From Podarcis cretensis (Eukaryota): a DNA stretch of 64,000 nt. Position 1 is the stretch's first letter. Every line of letters begins with the position of its first letter. A program made the position numbers and the translations under genes. Where the stretch lies: positions 10,788,001 through 10,852,000 of the forward strand of contig OX638156.1 in the NCBI GenBank assembly GCA_951804945.1. Direction: 5' to 3'. Under the pieces are notes generated by a model, which was not told the DNA's origin, searched no databases, and saw nothing but the letters and a program-made list of their open reading frames with translations. Shown here piece after piece: positions 1-12,600 of the stretch.

Positions 1-383
1 CACTTCCTCTGATACCAACAGGAAGCTTGCACATGCCACTAAGCCTCTATATTTCCTTTGTAAATGCAAAGCCAGTTTTTGTTTACAAGCTGGTTTTATT
101 TTTTGTGTGGGGTCAGGATGGAATATGGTGCTGATTGTTACCCACAAAATCTCAGTTCTTTGTGAGATTTTACCTTCTGTCTTAAATCTTCTCTGGGAAG
201 CAAATTATCAACTGATAGTACAACACTCCCCCAGCAATGATTTTTCCAGTGGTCTCTTCCTTTGTCTGTCTGGGCCTGGTGCCTGTTTCTCTTAATATTG
301 GTTCTTTTCCAAATTGATCAAAACCCAGGGCTGTTGCACTACAAGAAACATGGAGCCCTTTTGCAACTTTTCTTTCTCAACAG

Positions 384-657
384 GAGAGGTACGTAATGTG
401 ACAATTTCCGGCCCCTCTAATGCCAAAGAAAACGATAGTGTCACTTTGAACTGCAGTGCTGCTGGCACCAATGTTTCGTATTACTGGCTGAAGGGAAGCC
501 AGCTGATTGAAGGAGGAGGTCATATCTCTTTAGACAACAACAACCAGAGGCTCATTCTCAACCCAGCCACCAGGAACGATTGAGGGCAACTACACCTGCT
601 TTGGGAACAACAGCTTCTCTGAAAGTTCCAGTGAACCACATTGGCTGCAAATCTTCT
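384..657 (+). CDS. IgC2 A-type exon, unit 1, disrupted (274 nt; 1-nt insertion gives TGA at 581-583)
   Basis: Acceptor ttctttctcaacag, donor t|gtaagt. Reads GAT-T-GAG-GGC where the other copies read GAT-GAG-GCC; sister exons are 273 nt. Confidence 0.75.
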
Positions 658-3600
658 GTAAGTCTAGACTGACTATGTGGGCAATGACAGGCAACTGGTG
701 TCCCATAGTCCAAATCCAGCCACAGTCAATCATAGGTTGCCCCATCACATTCTACTTTCTGTAGCAGACAAAAGTGGCTTTTTTAGCTCTTATCACAGCT
801 GGCTTCAGAAGGGAGTAGAAACTGCCAGAGTCTGTCCTATGCACACATTTGCTATAGCCACCCACTTTTCTGAGAGCAGTGTGGTTCTCCATTGTAGCTA
901 ATTGTGAGTATACTGGCTGCATGAAGTCAAGAAGAGTAAGAGATTTGACCCACACCTGGGACTTAAATATGAATTGGTCCACAGGTCAATCATATTGCTA
1001 ACCCCTAATCCTATTGTTACTGTTGGAGGGTTTTTTCTATTCTCCATTTCATCCAAGGAAGCCCCCCCCCCCCGACACGCTTCAAGTGCACAAATTTCAA
1101 ATACAAAATACAACTTCCTTATGGAGTTGAAAGGGTTATTTTAGGTAACCTTGTGTGTAGCATTCAGGGGAATTTGCCTGTTTGGGCTATCCCAACAAAA
1201 GACATAGAGAAAACTGAAATACTCATTGGTTTATAATACATCTGTCTTCTGATCAATAGGCTGATTGAAATATCATCTGCACCCTGATCAGGTTTCTGCT
1301 CCTTAATAGATTAATACCAAAGGAAAGCTCAAGAGCGGGTAGTGAGTGATTTACCCTGAAGTTCATACTCTTTGCATCTAAAAGAGTCATCTATTACCTA
1401 GAGCCAATTTTAATGATATACTGTATATCTTCCCAAATACCCTAGAGGTCATATATTCACTGATCATCCATTCCCAGGGTGGGGCATCCATTTTTCTCCA
1501 GGTCAGTAAGATTGCACAGGGACAGCAGGTTGCAAAAACAAAGGTTCCAAGGGCTCTGTGTTTTGGCATCAGTGTAGTGTGTAATAACATCTACACTACT
1601 TACTTACTTACACTTACTACTAGCACAGCCTGGCCCTTTCCAACATGTGGCTTTCCTATATTTGCTTCAGACGGGCCCGACAACCCTACAATCGACCCTC
1701 AGGACCCAGTTTATAGAGACCAATCCACCCTTAACCTCTCGTGTTCTGCCAAATCCAACCCACCTGCTAGTTATTCTTGGTATCATAATGAGAAACTTCT
1801 GGAAGCTCAGAATGAGTCCCAACTCCTGATCTCGCATCTTTCCCTAAATGATGCCGGCAAATATACTTGTAATGCCACCAATGATGTCACTGGCCTCTTC
1901 AGCCACACCAGCCTGGAGATCAGCGTCCTGGGTGAGTAGGTTGAATGGCCAGGCTGCATCCTAGGCAAACGTGTGCCTTCCTGTGGCTGATAAGACTGTC
2001 CTTGTAGTACCTGCTTCATCTGTACAATGGGGAATTGATTGCGCAAACTCTGTCTCGTGGCCATTTTGACTTCCAGGATGCATTCCTTGTATTCTGTCAC
2101 CTCACTGTCCCTTTGCAGTATCCATGGCAATCACTCCAGTTCAGTTCCTGAAGTACCATGAAGTTTCTCTTCTTCAGGTCAAATCCAGTTCCTGGTCTTG
2201 GAGTCTCTCTGTCTCTTACCATATTTCTGGACTCACACTACTTTTTTCCTGTCAATGAAAACTCCCAGATAACACAAAAAATGTGCCTCTCTCATCTGCC
2301 TCTATCCATTGTTGCCACATTCCTCACTTTCCTCATGGTGTGTTGCACATTCCAAGTCACAAACTCTCAGTCAATGGACCATTTCTGTTCCTTGTATACA
2401 GTCAACAATTTCAGGGTTCCAAAGTTTTGCTAGATGTCTTCCCACTTCCTCTGGTATCAACTGGAAGGTTTCACCTATCACTAAGTCTTTATATTTCCTT
2501 TATAATAACAAAGCTGATTTTCATTTCACTGTCTTTTCAAGGTGGGGTTTTTTGGGGAGGTAGAATATGGCTCTGATGTTTGGCCACAAAATCTCAGTTC
2601 TTTGTGAAGTGCTATCTTCTGTCTTAAATGTTGTCGAGGAAGCAAACCGTCAACTGGTAGTACAACACACTCCCGGCATTGATTTTTCCAATGGTCTCTT
2701 CTTTGTCTGTCTGGGCCCAGTGGCAGTTACTCTTAATACTGGTTCTTTTCCAAATTGATCAAAATCAAGGGCTATCGTGCTACAAGAAACATGGAGCCCT
2801 TTTGCAACTTTTCTTTCTCAACAGGAGAGGTACGTAATGTGACCATTTCCGGCCTCTCTAATGCCAAAGAAAACGATAGTGTCACTTTGAACTGCAATTC
2901 TGCTGGCACCAATGTTTCGTATTACTGGCTGAAGGGAAGCCAGCTGATTGAAGGAGGAGGTCATATCTCTTTAGACAACAACAACCAGAGGCTCATTCTC
3001 AACCCAGTCACCAGGAACGATGAGGCCAACTACACCTGCTTTGGGAACAACAGCTTCTCTGAAAGTTCCAGTGAGCCACATTGGCTGCAAATCTTCTGTA
3101 AGTCTAGACTGACTGTGGGCAGTGGCAGGCAGCTGGGGTCCCATAGTGCAAACCGAGCTGCAGTCAGTCTTAGTTTTCACCATCACATTCTACTTTCTGT
3201 AGCAGACAGAAGTGGCTCTTTCAGCCCTTATCACAGCTGGCTTCAGGAGGCTGGAGAAACTGCCAGAGTCTGCCCTGAGCACATGTTTGCTATAGCCTCC
3301 CTCTTTTTCTAAGAACAGTGTGGCTCTCCATTGCAACTAGCTATGAGTATACTGGCTGCATGAAGTCAAGAAGAGTAAGAGATTTGACCCACACCTGGGA
3401 CTCAACTATGAATTGGTCCGCAGGTCAATCGTATTGCTAACCCCTAATCCTGGTGTTATTATTAGACGGTTTTTTTCCTATGCTCCATTTCATCCAAGAC
3501 AGGCCCCTCCCTCACTCCCCCGGACACTCTCCAAGCACACAAATAGAAATTTCAAATAAAAAATACAACTACCTTATGGAGTTGAAAGGGTTATTTTAGG

Positions 3601-6600
3601 TAACCTTGTGTGTAGCATTCAGGGGAATTTGCTCATTTTCCAAAGGCCAGAAAGATGTAACTGAAGCTTGAAAGTCTAGTGGCCAATAGGGAGGAATACT
3701 ATAGAAGGGATCCGGTATTAGTTGCCTTGAGTCACCCAAATCTGCGAGGAACTTGGCTCACTGCCACACCCAGTTTTGACAATCCCAACAAAAGTTGTGG
3801 AGAAAACATAAAGAACTGTTTGGTTTTACTGCATCTGTCCCTTTGATCAGTGGCCTTTTGGAATATTATCTGCATCCTGATCAGCTTTCTGCTATGTGAA
3901 AGGCTAAATAATGAGGATTTAGCATTCCTACCCCCCAGCTCAAACCCTTGGGGCCTTATATTCTTCCAAACAACCCTGAGGTGATATATTCACTGAGCAT
4001 CCATTCCCAGGGATATTTCTCCAGGTTGGAATTGTTGCATGGGGACAGCAGGTTCGGGAAAAAAACGGTTCCAGTGGCTCTATATTTTGGCATCAGTGTA
4101 GTAACATCTGAGTAGCACCCTTACTACTAGCACAACCTGGCCCTTTCCAACATGTGGTTTTCCTATATTTGCTTCAGATGGGCCCGACATCCCCACAATC
4201 GACCCTCAGGACCCAGTTTATAGAGACCAATCCACCCTTAACCTCTCGTGTTCTGCCAACTCCAACCCACCTGCCAATTATTCTTGGTATCATAATGAGA
4301 AACTTCTGGAAGCTCAGAACGAGTCCCAACTCCTGATCTCGCATCTTTCTCTAAATGATGCCGGCAAATATACTTGTAATGCCACCAATGATGTCACTGG
4401 CCTTTTCAGCCAGACCAGCCTGGAGATCAGCGTCCTGGGTGAGTAGGCTGAATGGCCAGGCTGCATCCTAGGCTAACTTGCACCTTCCTGTGGCTGATAA
4501 GACTGTCCTTGCAGTCACTGCTTCATCTGTGCAACGGGGATTTGATTGCGCAAACTCTGTCTCGTGGCCATTTTGGCTTCGAGTATGCATTCCTCATATT
4601 CTGTCACCTCACTGTCCCTTTACAGTATCCATGGCAATCACTCCAGTTCAGTTCCTGAAGTACCATGAAGTTTCTCTTCTTCAGGTCAAATCCAGTTCCT
4701 GGTCTTGGAGTCTCTCTGTCTCTTACCATATTTCTGGACTCACACTACTTTTTTCCTGTCAATGAAAACTCCCAGATAACAAACAAAATTGTGCCTCTCT
4801 CATCTGCCTCTATCCATTGTTCCCTCACTCCTCACTTTTCCTCATGGTGTGTTCCACATTCCAAGTCACAAACTCTCAGTCAATGGACCATTTCTGTTCC
4901 TTGTATACAGTCAACAATTTCAGGGTTCCAATGTTTTGCTAGATGTCTTCCCACTTCCTCTGGTATCAACTGGAAGGTTTCACCTGTCACCAAGTCTTTA
5001 TATTTCCTTTATAATAACAAAGCTAATTTTCATTTCACTGTGTTTTCAAGGTGGGGTTTTTTTGGGGAGGTAGAATATGGCTCTGATGTTTGGCCACAAA
5101 ATCTCAGTTCTTTGTGAAGTGCTATCTTCTGTCTTAGATGTTGTCGAGGAACCAAACTGTCAACTAGTAGTACAACACTCTCCCGGCATTGATTTTTCCA
5201 GTGGTCTCTTCCTTTGTCTGTCTGGGCTCAGTGCCGGTTTCTCTTAATATTGGTTCCTTTCCAAATTGATCAAAATCCAGGACTCTCACACTACAAGAAA
5301 CATGGAGCCCTTTTGCAACTTTTCTTTCTCAACAGGAGAGGTACGTAATGTGACCATTTCCGGCCCCTCTAATGCCAAAGAAAATGATAGTGTCACTTTG
5401 AACTGCAGTGCTGCTGGAACCAATGTTTCGTATTACTGGCTTAAGGGAAGCCAGCTGATTGAAGGAGGAGGTCATATCTCTTTAGACAACAACAACCAGA
5501 GGCTCATTCTCAACCCAGCCACCAGGAACGATGAGGCCAACTACACCTGCTTTGGGAACAACAGCTTCTCTGAAAGTTCCAGTGAGCCACATTGGCTGCA
5601 AATCTTCTGTAAGTCTAGACTGATTATGTGGGCAATGGCAGGCAACTGGGGTCCCATAGTCCAAACCCAGCCGCAGTCAGTCATAGGGTGCCCCATCACA
5701 TTCTACTTTCTGTAGCAGACAGAAGTAGCTCTTTCAGCCCTTATCACAGCTGGCTTCAGGAGGGAGGAGAAACTGCCAGAGTCTGTCCTGGGCACACATT
5801 TCCTACAGCCTCCCCCTTTGAGAGCAGTGTGGCTCTCCATTGCAACTAGCTATGAGTATAATGGCTGCATGAAGTCAAGAAGAGTAAGAGATTTGACCCA
5901 CACCTGGGACTCAACTATGAATTGGTCCGCAGGTCAATCATATTGCTAACCCCTAATCCTATTGTTACTGTTGGAGGGTTTTTTCAGTGCTCCATTTCTA
6001 CCAAGAAAGGCCCCTCCCTCGCTCCCCCGGACACTCTCCAAGTGCACAAATAGAAATTTCAAATAAAAACCACAACTTTCTGATGGAGTTGAAAGGTTTG
6101 TTTTAGGTAACGTTGTGTGTAGCATGCAGGGGACTTTGCTCATTTTCCAAAGGCCAGAAAGATGTAACTGAAGCTTGAAAGTCTAGTGGCCAATAGGGAG
6201 GAATACTATAGAAGGGATCCGGTATTAGTTGCCTTGAGCCACCCAAATCTGCAAGCAACCTGGCTCACTGCCACACCCAGTTTTGACAATCCCAACAAAA
6301 GTTGTGTAGAAAACAGAAAGAACTGTTTGGTTTTACTGCATCTGTCCCTTTGATCAATGAACTGATTGGAATATTATCTGCATCCTGATCAGCTTTCTGC
6401 TATATGAAAGGCTAAATAATGGGGATTTAGCATTCTTACCCCCAAGCTCAAACCATTAGGGTCCTGATATTCTTTCAAACCACCCTGAGGTGATATATTC
6501 ACTGAGCATCCATTCCCAAGAATATTTCTCCAGGTTGGAATTGTTGCATGAGAACAGCAGGTTGCAAAAACAACAGTTCCAGAGACTCTATGTTTTGCCA

Positions 6601-9600
6601 TCAGTGTAGTAACAACTGAGTAGCACCTCTTCTACCAGCACAGCCTGGCCCTTTCCAACATGTGGCTTTCCTATATTTACTTCAGACGGGCCCGACATCC
6701 CCACAATCGACCCTCAGGATCCAGTTTATAGAGACCAATCCACCCTTAACCTCTCGTGTTCTGCCAACTCCAACCCACCTGCCAATTATTCTTGGTATCA
6801 TAATGAGAAACTTCTGGAAGCTCAGAACGAGTCCCAACTCCTGATCTCGCATCTTTCTCTAAATGATGCCGGCAAATATACTTGTAATGCCACCAATGAT
6901 GTCACTGGCCTTTTCAGCCACACCAGCCTGGAGATCAGCGTCCTGGGTGAGTAGCTTGAAAGGCCAGGCTGCATCCTAGGCTAACTTGCGCCTTCCTGTG
7001 GCTGATAAGACTGTCCTTGTGGTACCTGCTTCATCTGTATAATGGGGACTTGATTGCGCAAACTCTGTCTCGTGGCCATTTTGACTTCCAGGATGTTTCC
7101 TCGTATTCTGTCACCTCACTGTCCCTTTACAGTATCCATGCCGATCACTCCACTTCAGTTCCTGAAGTACCATGAAGTTTCTCTTCTTCAGGTCAAATCC
7201 AGTTCCTGGTCTTGGAGTCTCTCTGTCTCTTACCATATTTCTGGACTCACACTACTTTTTTCCTGTCAATGAAAACTCCCAGATAACAAACAAAAAATGC
7301 GCCTCTCTCATCTGCCTCTATCCATTGTTCCCTCACTCCTCAATTTTCCTCATGGTGTGTTGCACATTCCAAGTCACAAACTCTCAGTCAATGGACCATT
7401 TCTGATCCTTGTATGCAGTCAACAATTTCAGGGTTCCAAAGTTTTCCTAGATGTCTTCCCACTTCCTCTGGTATCAACTGGAAGGTTTCACCTGTCACTA
7501 AGTCTTTATATTTCCTTTATAATAACAAAGCTAATTTTCATTTCACTGTCTTTTCAAGCTGGTTTTTTTTTTTGGGGGGGGGGGTAGAATATGGCTCTGA
7601 TGTTTGGCCACAAAATCTCAGTTCTTTGTAAAGTGCTATCTTCTGTCTTAAATGTTGTCGAGGATGCAAACTGTAGACTGGTAGTACAACACTCTCCGGG
7701 CGTTGATTTTTCCAATGGTCTCCTCTTTGTCTGCCTGGGCTCAGTGCCGGTTTCTCTCAATATTGCTCCTTTTCCAAATTGATCGAAATCCAGGGCTGTT
7801 TCACTACAAGAAACATGGAGCCCTTTTGCAACTTTTCTTTCTCAACAGGAGAAGTACGTAATGTGACCATTTCCGGCCCCTCTAATGCCAAAGAAAATGA
7901 TAGTGTCACTTTGAACTGCAGTGCTGCTGGCACCAATGTTTCATATTACTGGCTGAAGGGAAGCCAGCTGATTGAAGGAGGAGGTCATATCTCTTTAGAC
8001 AACAACAACCAGAGGCTCATTCTCAACCCAGCCACCAGGAACGATGAGGCCAACTACACCTGCTTTGGGAACAACAGCTTCTCTGAAAGTTCCAGTGAGC
8101 CACATTGGCTGCAAATCTTCTGTAAGTCTAGACTGACTATGTGGGCAGTGGCAGGCAACTGGGGTCCCATAGTCCAAACCCAGCCGCAGTCAGTCATAGG
8201 TTGCCCCATCATATTCTACTTTCTGTAGCAGACAGAAGTGGCTCTTTCAGCCCTTGTCACAGCTGGCTTCAGGAGGGAGGAGAAACTGCCAGAGTCTGTC
8301 CTGGGCACACATTTGCTACAGCCTCCCCCTTTGTCTGAGATCAGTGTGGCTCTCCATTGCAACTAGCTATGAGTATAATGGCTGCATGAAGTCAAGAAGA
8401 GTAAGAGATTTGACCCACACCTGGGACTCAACTATGAATTGGTCCGCAGGTCAATCATATTGCTAACCCCTAATCCTATTGTTACTGTTGGAGGGTTTTT
8501 TCCTATGCTTCATTTCAGGCAAGACAGGCCCCTCCCTCACTCCCCCGGACACTCTCCAAGTGCACAAATAGAAATTTCATATAAAAACCACAACTTTCTG
8601 ATGGAGTTGAAAGGTTTATTTTAGGTAACGTTGTGTGTAGCATGCAGGGGGCTTTGTTCATTTTCCAGAGGCCAGAAAGCTGTAACTGAAGCTTGAAAGT
8701 CTAGTGGCCAGTAGGGAGGAATACTATAGAAGGGGTCCGGTATTAGTTGCCTTGAGTCACCCAAATCAGCAAGAAAACAGAAAGAACTGTTTGGTTTTAC
8801 TGCATCTGTCCCTTTGATCAATGGGCTGATTGGAATATTATCTGCATCCTGATCAGCTTTCTGCTACATGAAAGGCTAAATAATGGGGATTTAGCATTCC
8901 TGCCCCACCCTTAGGGTCCTGATTTTCTTCCAAACAACCCTGAGGTGATATATTCACTGAGCATCCATTCCCAAGAATATTTCTCCAGGTTGGAATTGTT
9001 GCATGAGAACAGCAGGTTGCAAAAACAACAGTTCCAGAGACTCTATGTTTTGCCATCAGTGTAGTAACAACTGAGTAGCACCTCTTCTACCAGCACAGCC
9101 TGGCCCTTTCCAACATGTGGCTTTCCTATATTTACTTCAGACGGGCCCGACATCCCCACAATCGACCCTCAGGATCCAGTTTATAGAGACCAATCCACCC
9201 TTAACCTCTCGTGTTCTGCCAACTCCAACCCACCTGCCAATTATTCTTGGTATCATAATGAGAAACTTCTGGAAGCTCAGAACGAGTCCCAACTCCTGAT
9301 CTCGCATCTTTCTCTAAATGATGCCGGCAAATATACTTGTAATGCCACCAACGATGTCACCGGCCTTTTCAGCCACACAAGCCTGGAGATCAGCGTCCTG
9401 GGTGAGTAGCTTGAATGGCCAGGCTGCATCCTAGGCAAACGTGTGCCTTCCTGTGGCTGATAAGACTGTCCTTGTAGTACCTGCTTCATCTGTACAACGG
9501 GGACCTGATTGTGCGAACTCTGTCTCGTGGCCATTTTGGCTTTCAGGATGCGTTCCTTGTATTCTGTCACCTCACTGTCCCTTTACAGTATCCATGATGA

Positions 9601-12600
9601 TCACTCCAGTTCAGTTCCTGAAGTACCATGAAGTTTCTCTTCTTCAGGTCAAATCCAGTTCCTGGTCTTGGAGTTTCTCTCTCTCTTACCAAATTTCTGG
9701 ACTCACACTACTTTTTTCCTGTCAATGAAAACTCCCAGAAAACAAACAAAATTGTGCCTCTCTCATCTGCCTCTATCCATTGTTGCCACATTCCTCACTT
9801 TTCCTAATGGTGTGTTGCACATTCCAAGTCACAAACTCTCAGTCAATGGAACATTTCTGTTCCTTATATGCAGTCAACCTTTCAGGGTTCCAAAAAATTC
9901 CTAGATGTCCTCACTTCCTCTGGTATCAACTAGAAGGTTGCACTTGTAACTAAGTCTTTATATTTCCTTTATAATAACAAAGCTAATTTTCATTTCACTG
10001 TCTTTTCAAGGTGGGGGGGGGGTTGGGGGGTGTAGAATATGGCTCTAATGTTAGGCCACAAAATCTCAGTTCTTTGTGAAGTGCTATCTTCTGTCTTAAA
10101 TGTTGTCGAGGAAGCAAACCGTCAACTGGTAGTACAACACACTCCCGGCCGGCATTGATTTTTGCAATGGTCTCTTCTTTGTCTGTCTGGGCCCAGTGCC
10201 AGTTTCTATTAATACTGGTTCTTTTCCAAATTGATCAAAATCCAGGGCTGTTGCACTACAAGAAACATGGAGCCCTTTTGCAACTTTTCTTTCTCAACAG
10301 GAGAGGTACGTAATGTGACCATTTCCGGCCCCTCTAATGCCAAAGAAAATGATAGTGTCACTTGGAACTGCAGTGCTGCTGGAACCAATGTTTCGTATTA
10401 CTGGCTGAAGGGAAGCCAGCTGATTGAAGGAGGAGGTCATATCTCTTTAGACAACAACAACCAGAGGCTCATTCTCAACCCAGCCACCAGGAACGATGAG
10501 GCCAACTACACCTGCTTTGGGAACAACAGCTTCTCTGAAAGTTCCAGTGAGCCACATTGGCTGCAAATCTTCTGTAAGTCTAGACTGATTATGTGGGCAA
10601 TGGCAGGCAACTGGGGTCCCATAGTCCAAACCCAGCCGCAGTCAGTCATAGGTTGCCCCATCACATTCTACTTTCTGTAGCAGACAGAAGTGGCTCTTTC
10701 AGCCCTTATCACAGCTGGCTTCAGGAGGGAGGAGAAACTGCCAGAGTCTGTCCTGGGCACACATTTGCTACAGCCTCCCCCTTTGTCTGAGAGCAGTGTG
10801 GCTCTCCATTGCAACTAGCTATGAGTATACTGGCTGCATGAAGTCAAGAAGAGTAAGAGATTTGACCCACACCTGGGACTCAACTATGAATTGGTCTGCA
10901 GGTCAGTCGTATTGCTAACCCCTAATCCTATTGTTGCTGTAGGAGGGTTTTTTCAGTGCTCCATTTCCACCAAGAAAGGCCCCTCCCTCGCTCTCCCGGA
11001 CACTCTCCAAGTGCACAAATAGAAATTTCATATAAAAAACACAACTTTCTGATGGAGTTGAAAGGTTTGTTTTAGGTAACGTTGTGTGTAGCATGCAGGG
11101 GACTTTGCTCATTTTCCAAAGGCCAGAAAGATGTAACTGAAGCTTGAAAGTCTAGTGGCCAATAGGGAGGAATACTATAGAAGGGATCCGGTATTAGTTG
11201 CCTTGAGCCACCCAAATCTGCAAGCAACCTGGCTCACTGCCACACCCAGTTTTGACGATCCCAACAAAAGTTGTGGAGAAAACAGAAAGAACTGTTTGGT
11301 TTTACTGCATCTGTCCCTTTGATCAATGAACTGATTGGAATATTATCTGCATCCTGATCAGCTTTCTGCTATATGAAAGGCTAAATAATGGGGATTTAGC
11401 ATTCTTACCCCCAAGCTCAAACCATTAGGGTCCTGATATTCTTTCAAACCACCCTGAGGTGATATATTCACTGAGCATCCACTCCCAAGAATATTTCTCC
11501 TGGTTGGAATTGTTGCATGAGAACAGCAGGTTGCAAAAACAACAGTTCCAGAGACTCTATGTTTTGCCATCAGTGTAGTAACAACTGAGTAGCACCTCTT
11601 CTACCAGCACAGCCTGGCCCTTTCCAACATGTGGCTTTCCTATATTTACTTCAGACGGGCCCGACATCCCCACAATCGACCCTCAGGATCCAGTTTATAG
11701 AGACCAATCCACCCTTAACCTCTCGTGTTCTGCCAACTCCAACCCACCTGCCAATTATTCTTGGTATCATAATGAGAAACTTCTGGAAGCTCAGAACGAG
11801 TCCCAACTCCTGATCTCGCATCTTTCTCTAAATGATGCCGGCAAATATACTTGTAATGCCACCAATGATGTCACTGGCCTTTTCAGCCACACCAGCCTGG
11901 AGATCAGCGTCCTGGGTGAGTAGCTTGAAAGGCCAGGCTGCATCCTAGGCTAACTTGCGCCTTCCTGTGGCTGATAAGACTGTCCTTGTGGTACCTGCTT
12001 CATCTGTATAATGGGGACTTGATTGCGCAAACTCTGTCTCGTGGCCATTTTGACTTCCAGGATGTTTCCTCGTATTCTGTCACCTCACTGTCCCTTTACA
12101 GTATCCATGCCGATCACTCCACTTCAGTTCCTGAAGTACCATGAAGTTTCTCTTCTTCAGGTCAAATCCAGTTCCTGGTCTTGGAGTCTCTCTGTCTCTT
12201 ACCATATTTCTGGACTCACACTACTTTTTTCCTGTCAATGAAAACTCCCAGATAACAAACAAAAAATGCGCCTCTCTCATCTGCCTCTATCCATTGTTCC
12301 CTCAGTCCTCAATTTTCCTCATGGTGTGTTGCACATTCCAAGTCACAAACTCTCAGTCAATGGACCATTTCTGATCCTTGTATGCAGTCAACAATTTCAG
12401 GGTTCCAAAGTTTTGCTAGATGTCTTCCCACTTCCTCTGGTATCAACTGGAAGGTTTCACCTGTCACTAAGTCTTTATATTTCCTTTATAATAACAAAGC
12501 TGATTTTCATTTCACTGTCTTTTCAAGCTGGTTTCTTTTTTTGGGGGGGGTAGAATATGGCTCTGATGTTTGGCCACAAAATCTCAGTTCTTTGTGAAGT

